Below, one piece after another: positions 1 to 11,954 of a stretch of 64,000 nucleotides of DNA. The notes below the pieces were generated by a model, which searched no databases, was not told where the DNA came from, and worked only from the letters and a program-made list of their open reading frames with translations. Source of the DNA: Lama glama (taxonomy: Eukaryota); NCBI GenBank assembly GCA_028534125.1, contig CM052817.1, positions 101,372,001-101,436,000 on the forward strand, written 5' to 3'. Every line of letters begins with the position of its first letter. Within the stretch, counting starts at the first letter, position 1. A program made the position numbers and the translations under genes.

Positions 1-3000
1 GTAGAGCAAGCCCTAAAGCAGCTGTAATTTTTGCCATTTTCCAGGAATGCTGGTATCGGCTGACTTTCCGTCAGAAAAACGGCCTTCTGTGCTTTCAAAA
101 ACAAAACAAAACAAAATAACAAAAACAGGTGGAAAGAAGAAAGTTGAACTGGAGTTACATTTCATTTAAACTAAGTATAAGTGCATTTTGCAAAATGTTG
201 AGAATAATTTAGTCAGTCGTTAATCCGTCACTGATACTGTAAAATAGGAGTGGTCTGTTTCCACTGTTTAATTTTCTACTCGGTTCTACCAAATAGGATG
301 TCAGGTTTGGCATTTTTGATAATGACTTTGGGACCTTTTTCACTGAAAGCACCTTAGAACTATACTACAAGGAAACACTTCCCATACGTATAACTCCATG
401 AATGTGATGTTTATTTCTTATTAATTTATAATTCAGCCATTCTCTTATATAGGACTTTAAAAAATTTAAAGTGGAAATCTAGCTACTTCCAATTATCTAT
501 CAAATTTCTTATGCCCAAATCAGCCTCTGAAAAAAAATTTTTTTCAGGAAGATTTATGTTTAGGTTTCGTATTTTTTAGTTAGGTAGAGTTTTCAAAATA
601 CTTGAGACTGTCTGTGATAAAATTATAAAATTCAATAACATTTTTAGAATGTTAAACTAAGACACTGTTTCCTAATGCCAGTGCTAAATAAGTCTTTGAA
701 TTTAAACATTCATATTTAATGAGTGCCTACGGTATGCCAGGCACTGTTCTAGGCACTGAGGATAAAGTGATGGATAAAACAGACAGAAATCCCTGCCCCT
801 TTGGAGTTTTCACTCTAGGGAGGGAGTTGCATTTTACCGTTTACTAGCGTTCTGCATAAAAGCTAATAAGCTAAACTCTTGATAGCTCCTGGAAAGTTTA
901 AAAGGAAACTTTTCAAATTGGTTAAATTAATTTTAGTTTATTTTCCCAAGCGAAAACAGCTTCCTATTTAGATTCTGTCACAGGCCATTGATCTTAAGAT
1001 TAGTTTACTTTAAAGGGGTGTTTTGCACATTTAAGTTATACTTGTGAATTCTGAAATTTACCAGCCATCATACCGTATCAGACTGGATATCTTAATAGTA
1101 GATTGAATATAAAACTAATTTTTTACATGGCAATATTGGAATGAAACTGGAATGAAAGAAGAAATACTTTGATTCAGACCTGTTCCACTCTCTGTTTCTA
1201 AAACATGCTATGAGCACTCCAGGAAACACTATATTTTTCCCCAAAATATATGTAATCATATATGTTAAAGTATAGATAACATTTCAAATTTGGATATATA
1301 TGTGCATTTACTGTATTTCTTGGTAAACATATTTTAGGGGAAAAGTGCTGCTGATAAGGTACGAATAGACAAGATTTAAATGAAATTGTGTCACATTCTA
1401 TGGAAAATGGTTTCTGGTAAACTGAGAAGGCTATTAAAATAAGTGACTTTTTTTCTGGGCTACCATTATTATTTGATTTCTCTTTGTCAAGTGTACAGAA
1501 CCTGTCATACATTCATGATAAGTAGCACTGAAAATTACCCATTCGAATTTCCCCTGGGCACTATACGGCAAAATATTGCCAGTTAGAATGTAAAGGTCAG
1601 TGACAACGCATTCCCTCCCCCAGTTACTAGCTACGGATGCTAGTAACTGCATCTCCGATACAGCCTCCCCTGCTGGACACGGGGAGTTGGGTGGAGAGTC
1701 GCTTGACCGTCTAGAAACACATGAATAAAACCTTTATGACTGTTAGCCATTGAAAAACATGGTTCTTAGTATCTTAATCAAAACTTTAGTCCCCAGCAAC
1801 TAAAGTCCCCAAGTTTTCTTATTTCAGTTTACTCTTTGACTAGATTTGAGGCAAATCAACGCTAACAGGTCCATGCAAATAGAAGACACTTGCTTCTACT
1901 ACTGGAGATACAGGGTATGTCCTAACGGAGTTAGATGGAATAGTAGTGCAGCAGCAAGTGTCTATGGCTCCTTAATACTGGAGGATTCACGCAAATGCTT
2001 TGGTAATGCCTATCGAGTTAATGGGAGGAAATAGCAAATAAACATCAGGTAATCCACAGATTACTTCAGATGGGAAAAGTCTTTATGTACATTTGAACTC
2101 TATAGTATCCTCCCTACTCACCAGCTTCTGAAAAAGGAGGAATATTTTTAGTTTAATAATTTAAAAATACATTTCCAGGTAGGATAAAACGGAAGCTACT
2201 TGCTGCAAACATCATCTAATTTTGCTTAAAATCAAAAGTCGTAATACTGTTGCATTCTGTAAATGTTGCAGGGTTTTAAACTTTACAATTATTTTAATAT
2301 TTTTGATAACTAGGAATCTAGCATTGCCATAAAGGAAACTAAGTGCCCATTAAAGATTTGTTTGGTATAAATAAATAATTTTTTGTTTTGTTTTAAATGG
2401 CAGTAAGCTACAAATCATGATGTTAATCTAACTTTCTGAAGATGAATTGTGTGGCAGTGATTGTGGTCTGTTTGTGGAGAATGTATGAGAGCTATTAATA
2501 TTCTGAAATAGATTAATAAATTGGCTATGTTGTTCCAATGAATGTACAGCACTTCCATTAACTTTTGAAAGCAACACAGCCTTAAGCTCAATGTCTTTGC
2601 TTTATGACATGGGAATGTTCTGTCATCAACAGAGTGTATTCTTAGAATTCTTTGTATCATTCTCAATTCTACAGCCTTTCAGTCCTATGTATGAATATGA
2701 GGGGGTTTTGCTTCGTTTTTTTTCTTTTTAAATTTTATACATTCCATCTTAAGAGGTCTATTTCATACGTTCTGTGTGTACAACACTAAGTCTTGCGCTC
2801 TCTGACATTGATACTGATACATTCTCATCATTTGTTCCTTTATGAATCAAAATGCTGACTGCCTATTTAAAGAAAAGAATGAACGCTGTGCATCAAAGTG
2901 TTTGTACGTTCGTAGCTACATACGTACCACAGTATTTTGGATGCTTTAGTCTACAATAAATCCTTAAATTAATTCTGTCTTGAAAATAGGAGAAACAAGA

Positions 3001-3070
3001 TTCGTGTGTATACCTTTACCATGCACAAAATCTCAAGTCCTTATAATAAAGCTTGTTTTCTCCATTTCCA
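1..3070 (+). other. TRIM2: Distal 3' UTR of the upstream gene, probably TRIM2
   Basis: Nearly repeat-free AT-rich sequence with several AATAAA (1724, 2370, 2515, 2955, 3045), ending in AATAAA plus a GT/T-rich downstream element. The identity is inferred from the known TRIM2-MND1 tandem gene order in mammals; no coding exon is in the window. Confidence 0.65.
700..825 (-). mobile_element. L2 LINE 3' fragment inside the 3' UTR
   Basis: ATATTTAATGAGTGCCTACGGTATGCCAGGCACTGTTCTAGGCACTGAGGATA matches the antisense L2 3' end motif. Confidence 0.7.
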
Positions 3071-3100
3071 GAGTGAATGTTTGTTTATTTATTTAACCTA
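3045..3100 (+). terminator. Polyadenylation signal with downstream GU/U-rich element
   Basis: AATAAA at 3045-3050, candidate CA cleavage sites ~13-20 nt downstream, then GAATGTTTGTTTATTTATTT. Unique sequence ends and an L1 begins ~120 bp later. Confidence 0.65.
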
Positions 3101-3184
3101 TTGTTCTCTTTCTTGGTGAAGGAAAATGAAGGTATGTTGAGACGTCAATATCTCAACCAAATTGTTTATACTAGTGAGAAAAGG

Positions 3185-6100
3185 CTGAGTGAACGGGACT
3201 GTGTTCTTAATTTCTCTTTCTGATGGTTTGTCTTTAGTGTTTAGAAAAGCAACAGATGTCTGTATATTAATTTCGTATCCTACAACTTTACTGAATTCAG
3301 TTTTAGTTCTAATAGTTTTTTGGTGGCATCTTGAAGATTTTCTATGTATCGTATCATGTCATCTGCAACCAGTGATGGTCTTCATTTCCAGTTTGGATTC
3401 CTTTTATTTCTTTTTACTGTCTGATTGCTCTGGCAAGGGCTTCCAAAACTATGCTGAATAAAAGTTATGAGAGTGGACATCATGGTCTTGTTCTTGATCT
3501 TAGAGAAAATGCTTTCAGCTTTTCACCATTGAGTATTTTGAGTGTAATGTTAACTGGGGGCTTATTATATATAGCCTTTAACGTATTGACGATGTTCCCT
3601 CTATTCCCACTTTGAGAGTTTTTATCATGAATGAATGTTGAATTTTGTCAAAAGCTTTTTCTGCACCTACTAAGATGATCATATGGCTTTTATTCTTCAG
3701 CTTGTTAACGTGCTGTATCACATTGGTTGATTTGTGGATACTGAAAAATCCTTGCATCCCTGGGATAAATCCCACTCGATCATGGTGTGTGATCGTTTTA
3801 ATGTATTGCTGGGTTCAGTTTGCTAATATTTTGTTGAGGATTTTTGCATCTATGTCCCTCAGTGATACTGGCCTATAATTTTTTTTTTTTGGTCATATCT
3901 TTGTCTGGTTTTGTTATCAGGGTGCTGCTGGCCTCATAGAATGAGTTCAGAAGTGTTCCTTCCTCTGCGGTTTTTTGGAATTGTTTGACAAGGATAGATG
4001 TCAATTCTTCTCTAAATGTTTGGTAGAACTCACCTGTAAAGTCGTCTGATCCTGGTCTTGCAGTGCTATAAACTTCTCTCTTGGAACTGCTTTTGCGGCA
4101 TCCCGTAGATTTTGGACTGTTGTATTTTCATTTTCCTTTGTCTTCAAGTATTTTTTATTTCTTCTTTGATTTCTTCGGTGACCCACTGGTTGTTTAGTAG
4201 CATATCGTTTAGCCTCCACCTGTTTGTGTCTTTGCAGTTTTTTTCTTATAGTTGATTTCCAGGCTCATAGCATTGTGGTCAAAAAAGATGCTTGATATGA
4301 TTTCAGTACTCTTAAATTTACCAAGACTTATTTCATGGCCCAGCATGTGATCTGTCCTGGAGAACAGTCCATGTATTTGAAAAGAAGATATATCCTGTTG
4401 CTTTTGGATGGTATGTTCCATAAATATCTATTAAGTCCATCAGATCTCATGTGTCATATAAGGCCAGTGTTTCCATATTGATTTTCTGTCTAGATGATCT
4501 GTGTATTGATATAAGTGGGATATTAAAAGTCCCCTACTATTATTATGTTACTGTCAGTTTCTCCCTTTATGTCTGTTAATATTTCTTTTTGTATATAAGT
4601 GGTCCTATGCTGGGTGCTTATGTATTTACAGGTGTTATATCTTCCTCTTGGATTGATCCCTTAATCACTATGTAATGTCCTTCTTTGTCTCTTGTAATAG
4701 TCTTTGTTTTAAAATCAGTTTTCTCTGATATTAGTAATACAACTCTTTTTTTTTTTCACATTTGCATGAGATACCTTTTTCTCTCCCCTCACGTTCAGTC
4801 TTTGTGTGTCTTTAGATTTGAAGTGAGTTTCTTGTAGGCAGCACATGTATGGGTCTTATTTTTGTGTCCGTTCAACCACTCTGTGTCTTTTGATTAGAGC
4901 ACTTAATCCGTTTACATTTAAATTACTGACATGTATGTATTTATTGCCACTTTGTTCATTGTGCTATAGTTCTTTTTTGTTCCTCTCTTTGTTCTCTTCA
5001 CTTATGATTTGATGACTATAGTTAATGTTTGGATTTCTTTCTCTTTTTTGTGTGTATATCTATAATAGATTTTTAGTTTGTGGTTATAATGAGGTACACA
5101 CATACACACACACACACGATTATTTTAAGTTGCTGATTCTTAGTTTCAAACGCATTTTAACAGCCCTGCATTTTTGCTCCTCCCTTCGCAATCGCTGTTT
5201 TTGACGTATTTTACATCTGTCTGTTTTGTGTGTCCCCTAACTGCTTAATGTGGATATAGATGATTTTACTACTTTCATCTTTTAACCTCCTTACTAGCTT
5301 TGAACGTGGTTGATTTACTACCGTTACTGTACATTTGCCTTTTCCAGTGAGCTTTTTCCTTTCATAATCTTCATGTTTCTAGTTGTGGCCTTTTCTCTTT
5401 TCCTTAGAGAATTCTAACCTTTCTTGTAAAGCTGGTTTGGTTGTGCTGAACTCTTTTAGCTTTTGCTTGTCTATAAAACTTCTCATCTCTCCATCAAATC
5501 TTAATAAAAACCTTACTGGGTAGAGTATTCTTGGTTGTAGTTTTTTCTGTTTCATCATTTTAAATATATTGTAACACTTCCTTCTGGCCTGCAGAGTTTC
5601 TGCTGAAAAGTCAGCTTTAGAGGATAGCCTTATGGGAACTCCTATTTATGTAACTTGTTGCTTTACCCGTGGTGCTTTTAATATTCTCTCTTTGTCTTTA
5701 ATTTTTGCCGATTTAATTATAGTGTGTCTTGGTGTGGTCCTCTTTGGGTTGATCCTGTTTGGGGCTCTCTGTGCTTCCTGGATTTGGATGTCTGTTTCCT
5801 GTCCCAAGTTAGGGAAGTTATCAGCTATTATATCTTCAAATATGTTCTCTGTCCCCGTCTCTCTCTCTTCCTTCTGGGACCCCTATAATGTGAATGTTTG
5901 CATGCTTGGTGTTGTCCCAGAAGTCTCTTAAACTGTCTTCATTTCTTTCCATCCTTTTTTCTGTTCATCTTCAGTGATTTCCACTACTCTGTCTTCCATC
6001 TCAAAGATCCATTCTTCTGTATCATTTAGTCTACTGTTGGTGCCTTCTAATATATTTTTATTTTAGTTATTGTACTCTTCATCTCTTGTTTGGTTGTTCT

Positions 6101-6630
6101 TTATGTTTTCTAACTCTGTTAAAAACTGCTAACTTCTCACTGTGTTCAACCATTCTTCTATAGAGTTCTTTGATCATATTTACTGTCATTAGCTTGAACT
6201 CTTTCTAGAGATTGCCTTTCTCCATTTCATTTAGTTCTTCTGGGGTTTCATCTTGTTTCTTTATTTGGAACATGTTTATCTGTCACCTCATTTTGCCTAA
6301 CTTGCTTTTTTATTTCTGTCTTATCTGGTAGGTTGGTTACGTTTCTGGACCTAGGAGGAGTGGTCTTTTTTAGGAGACGTCCCATGTATCCCAGCAGCAT
6401 GCTCCCCTCTGGTCACCAGAGCTGTATGCTCTAGGAGTGTCTCCGTAAGGGCTGCGTGGGTCTTTCTGTTGTGTGGGCTGACTACGATGGGTGGTCTGGT
6501 AGGCGTGACTTGCCCCTGGTCTGGTTAGCTGCCAGGCCCTGCCTTATGGGGAGGCCACTGACCACTGGTTGGTGGGACGGGGTCACAGGGTGGCTGGCTT
6601 CAGAAACTCGGAGGCCTCAGGACTAATTCT
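3185..6630 (-). mobile_element. Degenerate L1 (5' UTR part, ORF1, endonuclease and start of RT); 3' portion absent; internal deletion near 4055
   Basis: Minus-strand ORF fragments [15 protein letters not shown]...[17 protein letters not shown] (RT, 3578-3775) and FSRTDHMLGH...IFFDHNAMSLEIN (EN, 4209-4421); many stops and frameshifts. Confidence 0.9.
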
Positions 6631-7599
6631 TGTAAAGGACTCTTGTCTTTCTTCATTGATTGTAAACAAGTAGTTGACTTACAGTTATGCATACAACATT
6701 TTTCCTGGTGTATTTATAGGATTTTTGGTTTTTCATTAAGCCTGTGATTTGTATGTTGTGTAATGAAATGAAAACTAAGTTTATCATAATTAGAGTAGCC
6801 TGTTAAAAATGGAGGGAGACTCCAAAAATTTTGTTGTTTTGTTTTTTGGAGGGTTGAAACAAATTCATCACAGGCTGAAAGTCGGAAAGAGATGACCTAA
6901 ATTAGTCTTGGAAGGAGAGATGAAACAACAAAAACGAGAAAATGATCAAATGTGGCACTGCTAACTAGTAATTGTGAACATTGATATTATTGACAGCTAA
7001 TTCCATTCTTCATTTTTTTTTTTTCTTTTAACCAAGCAGATACTGTTGCAATCATGGGCTCTTTGGAGGTTTTCAGAGCCAGACTGAGGGTAGGGCATTC
7101 CTGATATAAGCCACTTGCCCCAGGTTTTAGCATATCTCAGATTGCTTTTTAGGAACTCGGTTCTCGTAAAGCCAGAGGCATCCCTTTCCAGAGCAGACAA
7201 AGGGTTCAATTAAAGCTGTAGTTTGTTATCGCCTAGGTTAAGAGGCAGGAAGGACAATCAACATTCTAGTCTCAACCCCAGCTTGCTGTCTCTTTTTTGC
7301 TGCTATAATCTGAACAAATGTCTGACCACCTATGGTATACCACACTTTGGGCTAGGGGTAAAAAGCCTATTAGGATGAAAAATAAAGCCTGTAACTTCTG
7401 AGAACTTACAGTCTGGTTGTAGAACGAGACCAGGTAATTACAATACTGTGAGCTGCCTTTATAGACCTACATTAGCAAATATTTGCTGAGTCTAGTATGC
7501 TTGGGTCCTGTTCTCGCCACTGGGGAATAGCAGAAAACAAAAAAGGCCCTGTTCTCATGGAGCTTTATTCTACTTTGGTGAGACTTATGTGAATATATG

Positions 7600-8040
7600 T
7601 AGGGTTGGCTACATAATTTGTGACACCTGGTACAAAATACAAATACAAAGCTCCTGGTTCAAAAGGAATGAAAGAGACTTTTTCCTTTCTTGTGGTCTCC
7701 GTTTCAACCTGTGGTGGTGGGTGTTTATTCGCTACTTAATGTCACGCTCCCTTAGGTAGAAGGATACTAGCTGGGTAAATGAAGACCCTCACATACACCT
7801 GAGACCCCACCCCACGACTCACACTTGCCCCATGCTTGTGCCCAGCCCCTCACCAGGAGTGGAGGGTGGCAGGGATTGCTGGGTGGAGCCAGGGATGCTG
7901 GCAGCTGAGAGCACATCCTGGGAGAAGGCAGAGAGGTGGTGTTGGGGGGGCCCACCTGTGAGCCAAGGCTAGCTAAAAGAGGGCCAGAACACATGAGTTG
8001 TCCAGGGAAGAACAAAATGTTCAATACCGTGAGGCCAGCG
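7600..8040. mobile_element. Possible MER45-like hAT DNA transposon relic
   Basis: Start AGGGTTGGCTACATAATTTGTG...GGTACAAAAT resembles the MER45 terminus from memory; boundaries uncertain. Confidence 0.35.
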
Positions 8041-9267
8041 GATGGTCAAGAAGAAATGATAAGAGCTGAGGCAAGGTTACAAAAATGACTTAGCTACTAC
8101 TGGGGGTGTTTTCAAGGAGTTTACATCCCAGATGGAAATATGAAAAGAGCATTAATTATTGTAATACAGAGCAAATTAAGGTAAGAGTAATAAAAGAAGT
8201 GTCAATAAGGCATGATAGAAAATCCAAGTTTATCACATAATTGATTGGGACAGTCCTGCTTTATACTTACTGTCCCAGCATAATTATAAAGAGCAGTTTT
8301 TCATTCCCAAGAGTGTCCTCATTTGGATGTGAAATTATATTCTCACTCTCCACCAGTTTTCTCAGCCTTTCTTCCCATTATCATTCCCCCAAGGAGCTTT
8401 TATAGACATATTTTTCCTAATTTTTCCTAATCGCCCCTCACTCCCACCCCATGACATTTTAATACCAGAGATATACTTTATATTTGTTTCTGTGCTACAG
8501 CTCTTTGCAGGTTCACAAACCAAGATTTTTTTGGCCCCCAGGAACCAGTTACGATCTTTCCACCCTTGAGACTAATGCTCTGCACAAATGACATCAGAGT
8601 ATCGTCACCTCCAACTCAGGAGACATAGTGTGACTGAGAGGTTGATAATGTTAACTATTTCTTCCTTGAAATTTTCTTCTCTCTTGGTTTTTCATTCTCC
8701 TACTTCTGTTCCTACCTCTTCTCTCTGTCTGTTTCAAATGATGTTCCTTTCTCTTCCTAATGAAGAAGCTTTCTTTTTTCTTAATAAAGAAGCTTCTCCT
8801 ATAGGTTATGCTTTTTTTCCAAGAGAAGATCCCATGGGGTCAGTTTGTCACAGTCCAAGGCCATCCTGGCCACCTCAGAGGCAAGTTGCCTCCTTTATCT
8901 TCAGCCTATACATGTAGCTTTTGGTTTGAGCACCCTGGTCTGGTTGTATGGCCCAGCTGGCAGAGAGTTCATCGGCTGGATTTGGCAAGAACCACAACTG
9001 TAAGCAGAAAGAATGCTGGGAGTTTCAAGGCTCAGAAAGCAAAGGGCCTGGGAGGCACCTAAAGCTTCAGAGCATCCTCTCCAGTGAGTTCTGTCCTCAG
9101 GTGTTGTCTCTCCTATGTTTTCTTGAGATGTCCACAGACTTCCATCCTCTTGGGCAAAAAAGATGGGTTTATAAAGATTTTTAAACGCCCAAACTGAAAA
9201 GTGAATGTCGTTAGTGCCTCTTCCTCCCTGGACACCTCAGAGGCAAGTGGCTCAAGTGGAAACTGTT

Positions 9268-9378
9268 AGGGGAGGTATAGCTCAAGTGGTAGAGCACGTG
9301 CTTAGCATGCACAAGGTCCTGGGTTCAATCCCCAGTGCCCCTCTAATAAATAAATAAATGAATAAATAAACCTAATTA
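9268..9378 (+). mobile_element. tRNA-derived SINE (camelid vic-1-like), tailless, 17-bp TSD
   Basis: A box TAGCTCAAGTGG, B box GGTTCAATCCC and (TAAA)n region; flanked by identical CTCAAGTGGAAACTGTT at 9251-9267 and 9379-9395. Confidence 0.9.
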
Positions 9379-9420
9379 CTCAAGTGGAAACTGTTTCATC
9401 CTCATTGCTTCCTCACTCCC

Positions 9421-11230
9421 AGAGCAAGTCATGAATTTTTTGGTTTCCCAGTGCATATACTTAAACTCTACTGTATGTAGCCTATTAAGTGTGCAATAGC
9501 ATCATGTCTAAAACAACAATGTGCATACCTTAACTTATAAATACTTCAGTGCTAAAAAAAAAAAGCTAACTATCATCTGAGCTTTCAGTGAGTTGTATCT
9601 TGATGCTGGTGGAGGGTCTTGCTTCCATGTTAGTGGTTGCTGGCTGATTAGGATGCTGGTTGCTGAAGGCTGGGGTGGCTGTGGCAATTTCTTAAAATAA
9701 GACAGGAAAGTCTGCTGCATCGATTAAATCTTCCTTTCATGAACGATTTCTCTGTAATATGCAATGTTATTTGATAGCATTTTACCCACTGTAGAATGTC
9801 TTTCAAAATTGGAGTCAGTCCTCTTAAACCCTGCCACTGCTTTATCAACTAAGTTTATGTAATATCTAAACAGTTTGTTGTCATTTCAACAGTCTTTACA
9901 GCATCTTCACCAGGAGTAGATTCCATCTCAAGAAACCACTTTCTTTGCTCATCCATAAGAAGCAACTGCTTATCCATTCAAGTTTTATCATGAGATTGCA
10001 GCAATTCAGTCACATCTTCAGGCTCCACCTCTAATTCTGGTTCTCTTGCTGTTTCCACCACATCTGCAGTTCCTTCCTCCACTGAAGGCTTGAAGCCCTC
10101 AAAGTCATCCATGAGGGTTGGAATCAACTTCTTCCAAACTCCTTTTAATGTTCATACTTTGACCTCTTCCCATGAGTCACAAACATTCTTAATGGCATCT
10201 AGAATGGGGAATCCTTTCCAGAAGGTTTTCAGTTGACTTTGTCCAGATTCATCAGAAAAAAGTCACCAACTATAGACTTACAAAATATATTTCATAATAA
10301 GAGTTGGAAGTCAAAATTACCCCTTGATCCATGGGCTGCAGAATGGATGCTGTGTTAGTAGGCATAAACATTCAACTCGTTGTCCATCTCCATCAGAGTT
10401 CTCGGGTATCCAGGTGCATAGTCAATAAGCAGGAATATTTTTAAAGGAATCTTTTTCCTGACCTGATTTGATCTCTTTTGAAAAGAGTTGAGGCCTTGCT
10501 CTGGGTTAGACTTGGGCTTAAGGAAATGTTGTGACTGTTTTGATCTTTTATCCAGATCACTCAAACTTTCTCCATATCAGTATAAGGCTGTTTCACTTTC
10601 TTATCATTTGTGTGTTCACTGGAGTAGCACTTTTAATTTCCTTCTAATTTTTTTTTTCCTTTGCATTCACAATGTGGCTGTTTGGTGAAACAGCCTAGCT
10701 TTCAGCTTGCCTCTGCTCTTGACAGGCCTTCCTCATCAAGCTTCATCTTTTCTAGCTTTTGATTTAAAGCAAGAGACCTGTGACTCTTTCTTTCACTTCA
10801 ACACTTAGCAGCCATCGTACAGTTATTTACTGGCCTAGTTTCAATATTGTTTTGTCTCAGGGAATAGGGAGGCTCGAGGGAAGGTAGAGAGATGGGGAAA
10901 TAGCCGGTTGGTCAGCGGAGAAGTCAGAACACACACAACAAGCTCTCTGTCTTACATGGGCATGGTCTGTGGTGCCCTGAAACAGTTACAATAGTAACAT
11001 CAAAAATCTTGATCACAGATCATCAGAACAGATATAATAATAATGAAAAAGTCTGAAATACTGCAGGAATTCCCAAAATGTGACACAGAGACACAAAGTG
11101 AGCCAATGCTGTTGGAAAAATGGCATTGATAGCCTTGCTGGGTGCGGGGTTGCCACAAACCTTCAATTTGTAAACAACACAGTATCTGCTAAGGGCAATA
11201 AGTGAAGCATAAGAAAAAGAGGGGTGACTA
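9421..11230 (-). mobile_element. Tigger1 (TcMar-Tigger) DNA transposon, internally deleted and missing one terminus
   Basis: Reverse complement of 11000-11230 matches the Tigger1 5' end (TACAAATTGAAGGTTTGTGGCAACCC...GCCATTTTTCCAACAGCA), with degenerate transposase sequence inside. At ~1.8 kb it is shorter than a full element, with an apparent junction near 10460-10485. Confidence 0.85.
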
Positions 11231-11954
11231 TACCAGCACATCTTTGTCTCAGGCTTTGTTTTTCTGGGTACTCAATCTAAGATAGGCAGGGGATACTGGG
11301 TTCCTAGGTTCCTGATCTAGAAGGAAGGTTGTGGGTAATAGATGGGTATGTCCCTTTGACCCTGCAGACCCCTTGGCTATGGGGCGGGATGTGGCTGGGG
11401 TGGGGCCAACATGGCCTCTACAGAGCAAGGTCTAGGGCAAGGGCCAGGTGCCCAGATGGAAGGGCAGCAATGGCTGGAGTATAAACTGCTTAAGGGTGTG
11501 TGTGGGCTTTCCGGATCATCCTCACACATTCTGCAGGCAGCAGATACTCAAATTTTAAAAAGTGGAATTGTTGTATGCTTAAGGATTTTGTAAAACACAA
11601 ATGTGTGCAATAAACAAATGCCATTTGGGTAGTGTAACAAATGCTAGATGGTGGATACAAGATCCAAATTCATGAGTATTTCTCAGATGCTACAAATATT
11701 TATTTGCTTTCATACTTAACTTATACACCACATCTGCCTGCCCTGTAATCTTGCAAAATTTGGAGTGTCTCAAGACATCTGCATGGTATATCAGATGATT
11801 CCAGAATCATACTGGTGAAAATAGTAAATGGGAAAGAACTACTCGATGCAAATAAAGATTTTTAAAAGCAAAATATCCTTTGGTTTTTCACCTGAAAATT
11901 GTATCACGATATTCCTAAGTCAAGGACAAGATGGTGCTCTTGGATACCTGGTGT

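Noticed and set aside
3578..4421. Reverse-transcriptase and endonuclease-like ORFs (also 41264-41458 and 53331-53678)
   Set aside because: These are short, frameshifted L1 ORF2 relics, not an intact or novel RT system.
9268..9345. tRNA-like sequence (also 17440-17510 on the minus strand)
   Set aside because: A and B boxes are present, but the AT-rich tail region and TSDs identify these as SINEs, not tRNA genes.
9535..11241. Possible domesticated transposase gene
   Set aside because: The Tigger1 copy has stops, frameshifts and an internal deletion, with no long ORF.
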